A stretch of 64,000 nt of DNA from the sequence record PP274704.1. The stretch is one strand, 5' to 3'. The translations under genes were made by a program, and so were the position numbers. The notes under the pieces were generated by a model. That model made no database searches. It was not told the origin of the DNA and saw only the letters and a list, made by a program, of their open reading frames with translations. How positions within the stretch are numbered: position 1 is the stretch's first letter; every line of letters begins with the position of its first letter. Below are positions 60,340 through 64,000 of this stretch, piece after piece. Source of the stretch: Escherichia phage ECp13.

Positions 60340-61257
60340 ATGGATTTAGAAATGATGCTGGATGAAGATTACAAAGAAGGAATCTGCTTAATTGACTTTA
60401 GTCAGATTGCGCTTTCAACTGCTTTGGTAAACTTTCCAGATAAAGAAAAAATTAATTTATCAATGGTTCGTCATTTGATATTGAACTCAATTAAGTTTAA
60501 TGTCAAAAAAGCAAAAACTCTTGGATACACTAAAATTGTACTGTGTATTGATAACGCGAAATCTGGATACTGGCGTCGTGATTTTGCTTATTATTATAAG
60601 AAAAACCGTGGAAAAGCACGAGAAGAATCTACTTGGGATTGGGAAGGTTATTTTGAATCCAGTCATAAAGTTATAGATGAACTGAAAGCTTATATGCCAT
60701 ACATCGTTATGGATATTGATAAGTATGAAGCAGATGACCATATTGCTGTTCTTGTTAAAAAGTTCTCTTTAGAAGGACATAAGATTTTAATCATTTCGTC
60801 GGATGGTGACTTTACTCAACTTCACAAATACCCAAATGTTAAGCAATGGTCACCAATGCACAAGAAATGGGTTAAAATTAAAAGCGGTTCTGCTGAAATT
60901 GACTGTATGACTAAAATCCTTAAAGGTGACAAAAAGGATAACGTTGCTTCAGTTAAAGTACGATCTGACTTTTGGTTTACCAGAGTTGAAGGTGAACGAA
61001 CTCCTTCAATGAAAACATCTATTGTCGAAGCTATTGCTAATGACCGCGAGCAAGCTAAGGTGCTTCTTACCGAATCTGAATATAATCGTTATAAAGAAAA
61101 TTTAGTTCTAATTGATTTTGATTATATTCCTGATAATATTGCTTCAAACATTGTGAATTACTATAATTCATATAAATTACCACCACGTGGCAAAATTTAT
61201 TCATATTTTGTAAAAGCGGGTCTTTCTAAATTAACTAATAGCATTAATGAATTTTGA
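60340..61257 (+). CDS. rnh: RNase H (5'-3' exonuclease, FEN-1 family)
   Basis: 305 aa from ATG 60340; track start 60325 is TTG. Confidence 0.85.
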   Translation: MDLEMMLDEDYKEGICLIDFSQIALSTALVNFPDKEKINLSMVRHLILNSIKFNVKKAKTLGYTKIVLCIDNAKSGYWRRDFAYYYKKNRGKAREESTWDWEGYFESSHKVIDELKAYMPYIVMDIDKYEADDHIAVLVKKFSLEGHKILIISSDGDFTQLHKYPNVKQWSPMHKKWVKIKSGSAEIDCMTKILKGDKKDNVASVKVRSDFWFTRVEGERTPSMKTSIVEAIANDREQAKVLLTESEYNRYKENLVLIDFDYIPDNIASNIVNYYNSYKLPPRGKIYSYFVKAGLSKLTNSINEF

Positions 61258-61265
61258 GGTGAATA

Positions 61266-61535
61266 ATGGCTAAAAAAGAAATGGTTGAATTTGATGAAGC
61301 TATCCATGGCGAAGATTTGGCTAAATTTATTAAAGAAGCATCTGATCATAAACTGAAAATTTCTGGTTATAATGAATTGATTAAAGATATTCGAATTCGT
61401 GCCAAAGATGAACTTGGTGTTGATGGTAAGATGTTTAATCGTCTGTTAGCTTTGTATCATAAAGATAACCGTGATGTGTTTGAAGCTGAAACTGAAGAGG
61501 TAGTTGAACTTTATGACACAGTTTTCTCTAAATGA
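61266..61535 (+). CDS. dsbA: Double-stranded DNA binding protein DsbA
   Basis: 89 aa; between rnh and 33. Confidence 0.75.
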   Translation: MAKKEMVEFDEAIHGEDLAKFIKEASDHKLKISGYNELIKDIRIRAKDELGVDGKMFNRLLALYHKDNRDVFEAETEEVVELYDTVFSK

Positions 61536-61851
61536 TATTCGTCCGGTCGATGAGACCGGTCTTTCAGAAAAAGAACTTTCAATTAAGAAAGAAAAGGATG
61601 AAATTGCAAAGCTTCTTGACCGCCAAGAAAATGGATTTATTATTGAAAAAATGGTAGAAGAGTTTGGAATGAGTTATCTTGAAGCTACAACAGCATTCTT
61701 AGAAGAAAATTCTATTCCTGAAACTCAATTTGCTAAATTTATTCCTTCGGGTATAATTGAAAAAATTCAGTCAGAAGCTATTGACGAAAATCTTTTACGT
61801 CCTTCTGTTGTTCGTTGTGAAAAAACTAATACATTAGATTTTCTACTATGA
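61513..61851 (+). CDS. 33: Late transcription co-activator gp33
   Basis: 112 aa from ATG 61513; track start 61504 is TTG. Confidence 0.8.
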   Translation: MTQFSLNDIRPVDETGLSEKELSIKKEKDEIAKLLDRQENGFIIEKMVEEFGMSYLEATTAFLEENSIPETQFAKFIPSGIIEKIQSEAIDENLLRPSVVRCEKTNTLDFLL

Positions 61852-62501
61852 TTAAACTCCGCATGCCTGCTGGTGGTGAAAGATACATTGATGGTAAATC
61901 AGTTTATAAATTATACTTAATGATAAAACAACATATGAATGGAAAGTATGATGTAATTAAGTATAATTGGTGCATGCGGGTGTCTGATGCCGCTTATCAA
62001 AAGCGAAGGGATAAGTATTTTTTCCAGAAGTTATCAGAAAAATATAAATTAAAGGAACTTGCTTTAATCTTTATAAGCAATCTGGTTGCTAACCAAGATG
62101 CTTGGATTGGTGACATCTCTGACGCTGATGCACTTGTGTTTTATCGTGAATATATCGGACGCTTAAAGCAAATTAAATTTAAGTTTGAAGAAGATATTCG
62201 CAACATTTATTATTTTAGTAAAAAAGTTGAAGTTTCTGCTTTTAAAGAAATCTTTGAGTATAATCCAAAAGTTCAATCAAGTTATATTTTTAAACTACTT
62301 CAATCGAATATAATTTCGTTTGAGACGTTTATCTTGCTTGATTCGTTTTTAAATATAATCGATAAACATGATGAACAGACTGATAATTTAGTCTGGAATA
62401 ATTATTCTATAAAGTTAAAGGCTTATAGAAAAATTTTAAATATTGATTCACAGAAAGCTAAAAGTGTTTTCATTGAAACCGTGAAATCTTGCAAGTATTA
62501 A
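61848..62501 (+). CDS. 59: Helicase loader gp59
   Basis: 217 aa; ATGA overlap with gene 33. Confidence 0.85.
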   Translation: MIKLRMPAGGERYIDGKSVYKLYLMIKQHMNGKYDVIKYNWCMRVSDAAYQKRRDKYFFQKLSEKYKLKELALIFISNLVANQDAWIGDISDADALVFYREYIGRLKQIKFKFEEDIRNIYYFSKKVEVSAFKEIFEYNPKVQSSYIFKLLQSNIISFETFILLDSFLNIIDKHDEQTDNLVWNNYSIKLKAYRKILNIDSQKAKSVFIETVKSCKY

Positions 62502-62509
62502 TTGCTTAT

Positions 62510-62517
62510 TATAAATA
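62510..62517 (+). promoter_or_regulatory. Late promoter TATAAATA upstream of gene 32
   Basis: attgcttatTATAAATAgat. Confidence 0.45.
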
Positions 62518-62534
62518 GATTATAATTATCTCAC

Positions 62535-62600
62535 TGACCAGCTATGAGGTCATACATCGTCATAGCACCAACTGTTAATTAAATTAAAAAGGAAATAAAA
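62535..62600 (+). promoter_or_regulatory. Gene 32 autoregulatory operator: H-type pseudoknot plus A/U-rich gp32 binding tract
   Basis: TGACC(62535-39) pairs GGTCA(62548-52); GCTATGA(62541-47) pairs TCATAGC(62560-66); then ttaattaaattaaaaaggaaataaaaATG. Confidence 0.65.
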
Positions 62601-63509
62601 ATGTTTAAACGTAAATCTACTGCTGAACTCGCTGCACAAATGGCTAAACTGGCTGGAAATAAAGGTGGTTTTTCTTCTGAAGATAAAGGCGAGTGGAAAC
62701 TGAAACTCGACAATGCGGGTAACGGTCAAGCAGTAATTCGTTTTCTTCCGTCTAAAAATGATGAACAAGCACCATTCGCAATTCTTGTAAATCACGGTTT
62801 CAAGAAAAATGGTAAATGGTATATTGAAAACTGCTCATCTACCCACGGTGATTACGATTCCTGTCCAGTATGTCAGTACATCAGTAAAAATGATTTGTAC
62901 AATACTGACAATAAAGAGTACGGTCTTGTTAAACGTAAAACTTCTTACTGGGCTAACATTCTTGTAGTAAAAGACCCAGCTGCTCCAGAAAATGAAGGTA
63001 AAGTATTTAAATACCGTTTCGGTAAGAAAATCTGGGATAAAATCAATGCAATGATTGCAGTTGATGTTGAAATGGGTGAAACTCCGGTTGATGTAACTTG
63101 TCCGTGGGAAGGTGCTAACTTTGTACTGAAAGTTAAACAAGTTTCTGGTTTTAGTAACTACGACGAATCTAAATTCCTGAATCAATCTGCGATTCCAAAC
63201 ATTGATGATGAATCTTTCCAGAAAGAACTGTTCGAACAAATGGTTGACCTTTCTGAAATGACTTCTAAAGATAAATTCAAATCGTTTGAAGAACTGAGCA
63301 CTAAGTTCAGTCAAGTTATGGGAACTGCTGCTATGGGTGGTGCCGCAGCGACTGCCGCTAAGAAAGCTGATAAAGTTGCTGATGATTTGGATGCATTCAA
63401 TGTTGATGACTTCAATACAAAAACTGAAGATGATTTTATGAGCTCAAGCTCTGGCAGTTCATCTAGTGCTGATGACACGGACCTGGATGACCTTTTGAAT
63501 GACCTTTAA
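62601..63509 (+). CDS. 32: Single-stranded DNA binding protein gp32
   Basis: 302 aa; Zn site HGF...[14 protein letters not shown]; acidic Ser/Asp-rich C-terminus. Confidence 0.95.
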   Translation: MFKRKSTAELAAQMAKLAGNKGGFSSEDKGEWKLKLDNAGNGQAVIRFLPSKNDEQAPFAILVNHGFKKNGKWYIENCSSTHGDYDSCPVCQYISKNDLYNTDNKEYGLVKRKTSYWANILVVKDPAAPENEGKVFKYRFGKKIWDKINAMIAVDVEMGETPVDVTCPWEGANFVLKVKQVSGFSNYDESKFLNQSAIPNIDDESFQKELFEQMVDLSEMTSKDKFKSFEELSTKFSQVMGTAAMGGAAATAAKKADKVADDLDAFNVDDFNTKTEDDFMSSSSGSSSSADDTDLDDLLNDL

Positions 63510-63529
63510 TAGATTATATTACTAATTAA

Positions 63530-63558
63530 TTGGGGACCCTAGAGGTCCCCTTTTTTAT
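63530..63558 (+). terminator. Intrinsic terminator GGGGACC-loop-GGTCCCC plus T6
   Basis: ggggaccctagaggtcccctttttt. Confidence 0.7.
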
Positions 63559-63564
63559 TTCAAA

Positions 63565-63612
63565 AATTTTTTCACAAAACGGTTTACATACTATAAGAAC
63601 TGTGGTACTATA
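63565..63612 (+). promoter_or_regulatory. Early promoter cassette (GTTTAC, 18 nt, TACTAT)
   Basis: ttttttcacaaaacgGTTTACatactataagaactgtggTACTAT. Confidence 0.55.
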
Positions 63613-63654
63613 CAACTATCGGCAATACTGCTGATGATTAAAGAGGAAAATAAT

Positions 63655-63882
63655 ATGGCTAAAGTTGATATTGACATCGTTGATTTTGAATATATTGAAG
63701 AAGTTATTCGTAATCGTTATCCTGAACTTAGTATCACAAGCGTACAAGATTCTAAGTTTTGGAGTATTCAAATCGTTATTGAAGGTCCTCTTGAAGACCT
63801 CACTCGTTTTATGGCTAATGAATATTGTGATGGTATGGATTCTGAAGACGCAGAATTTTACATGGGACTGATTGAACAATAA
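63655..63882 (+). CDS. Hypothetical acidic protein (75 aa), frd.3 position
   Basis: ATG 63655 with AAAGAGGAAAA SD; track start 63634. Confidence 0.5.
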   Translation: MAKVDIDIVDFEYIEEVIRNRYPELSITSVQDSKFWSIQIVIEGPLEDLTRFMANEYCDGMDSEDAEFYMGLIEQ

Positions 63883-63925
63883 TTATCAAGGGCTTTATAG
63901 CCCCTATTAAAATGAGGAAAACGTA

Positions 63926-64000
63926 ATGTATAATGGCAAAAAGTATGAGCTTGTTCCAAGACTTATTGATACATTTATTAGTTATCGCCCACGTTCTAAT
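63926..64000 (+). CDS. Hypothetical protein, 5' fragment (runs off window end)
   Basis: ATG with GAGGAAAA SD; 25 codons visible. Confidence 0.3.
   Translation, partial: MYNGKKYELVPRLIDTFISYRPRSN

Noticed and set aside
62835-63314. 159-codon minus-strand ORF
   Set aside because: Lies entirely antisense within gene 32, which is certain; shadow ORF.

Overview
This 64 kb window reads as a contiguous segment of a T-even (T4-like, Tequatrovirus-type) coliphage genome, in the orientation opposite to the conventional T4 map and spanning the map origin (rIIA/rIIB junction). All gene names below are assigned from my recollection of T4 protein sequences, lengths, motifs and gene order; no database search was run. 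The plus strand carries the early/middle genes: nrdD(partial)-nrdG-nrdH, 55, agt, 47, 46, rpbA, 45, 44, 62, regA, 43, imm, 42, a glycosyltransferase, uvsX, 40, 41, dmd, sp, 61, 56, soc, mrh, modB, modA, srd, dda, dexA, 39, rIIA, rIIB, denB, ndd, stp, ac, 52, motA, arn, asiA, then rnh, dsbA, 33, 59, 32. The minus strand carries the late block t, 38, 37, 36, 35, 34. Several traits point to a T2/T6/RB-type phage rather than T4 itself: gene 39 is one uninterrupted 605-codon gene (no gene 60 or mobA), gp38 is a 263 aa glycine-rich adhesin, gp37 ends in an auto-cleaving chaperone-like domain, the bgt locus holds a different glycosyltransferase, and segF and a dam gene are not seen where I expect them. 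Regulatory signals are dense and T4-typical: early promoters (GTTTAC, 18 nt, -10), MotA-box middle promoters, TATAAATA late promoters, UUCG-tetraloop terminators and the gene 32 leader pseudoknot. No tRNA, CRISPR array, integrase, intron or homing endonuclease was recognised. Two apparent single-base frameshifts interrupt rIIA and the normally essential dCTPase gene 56; these are either real lesions or sequencing errors. I cannot show that any element here is a previously undescribed system. The best candidates for unexplored function are the islands of small, mostly hydrophobic ORFs (denB-ndd interval, mrh-modB interval, dda-dexA-39 interval) and a reverse-strand membrane ORF between 61 and 56.
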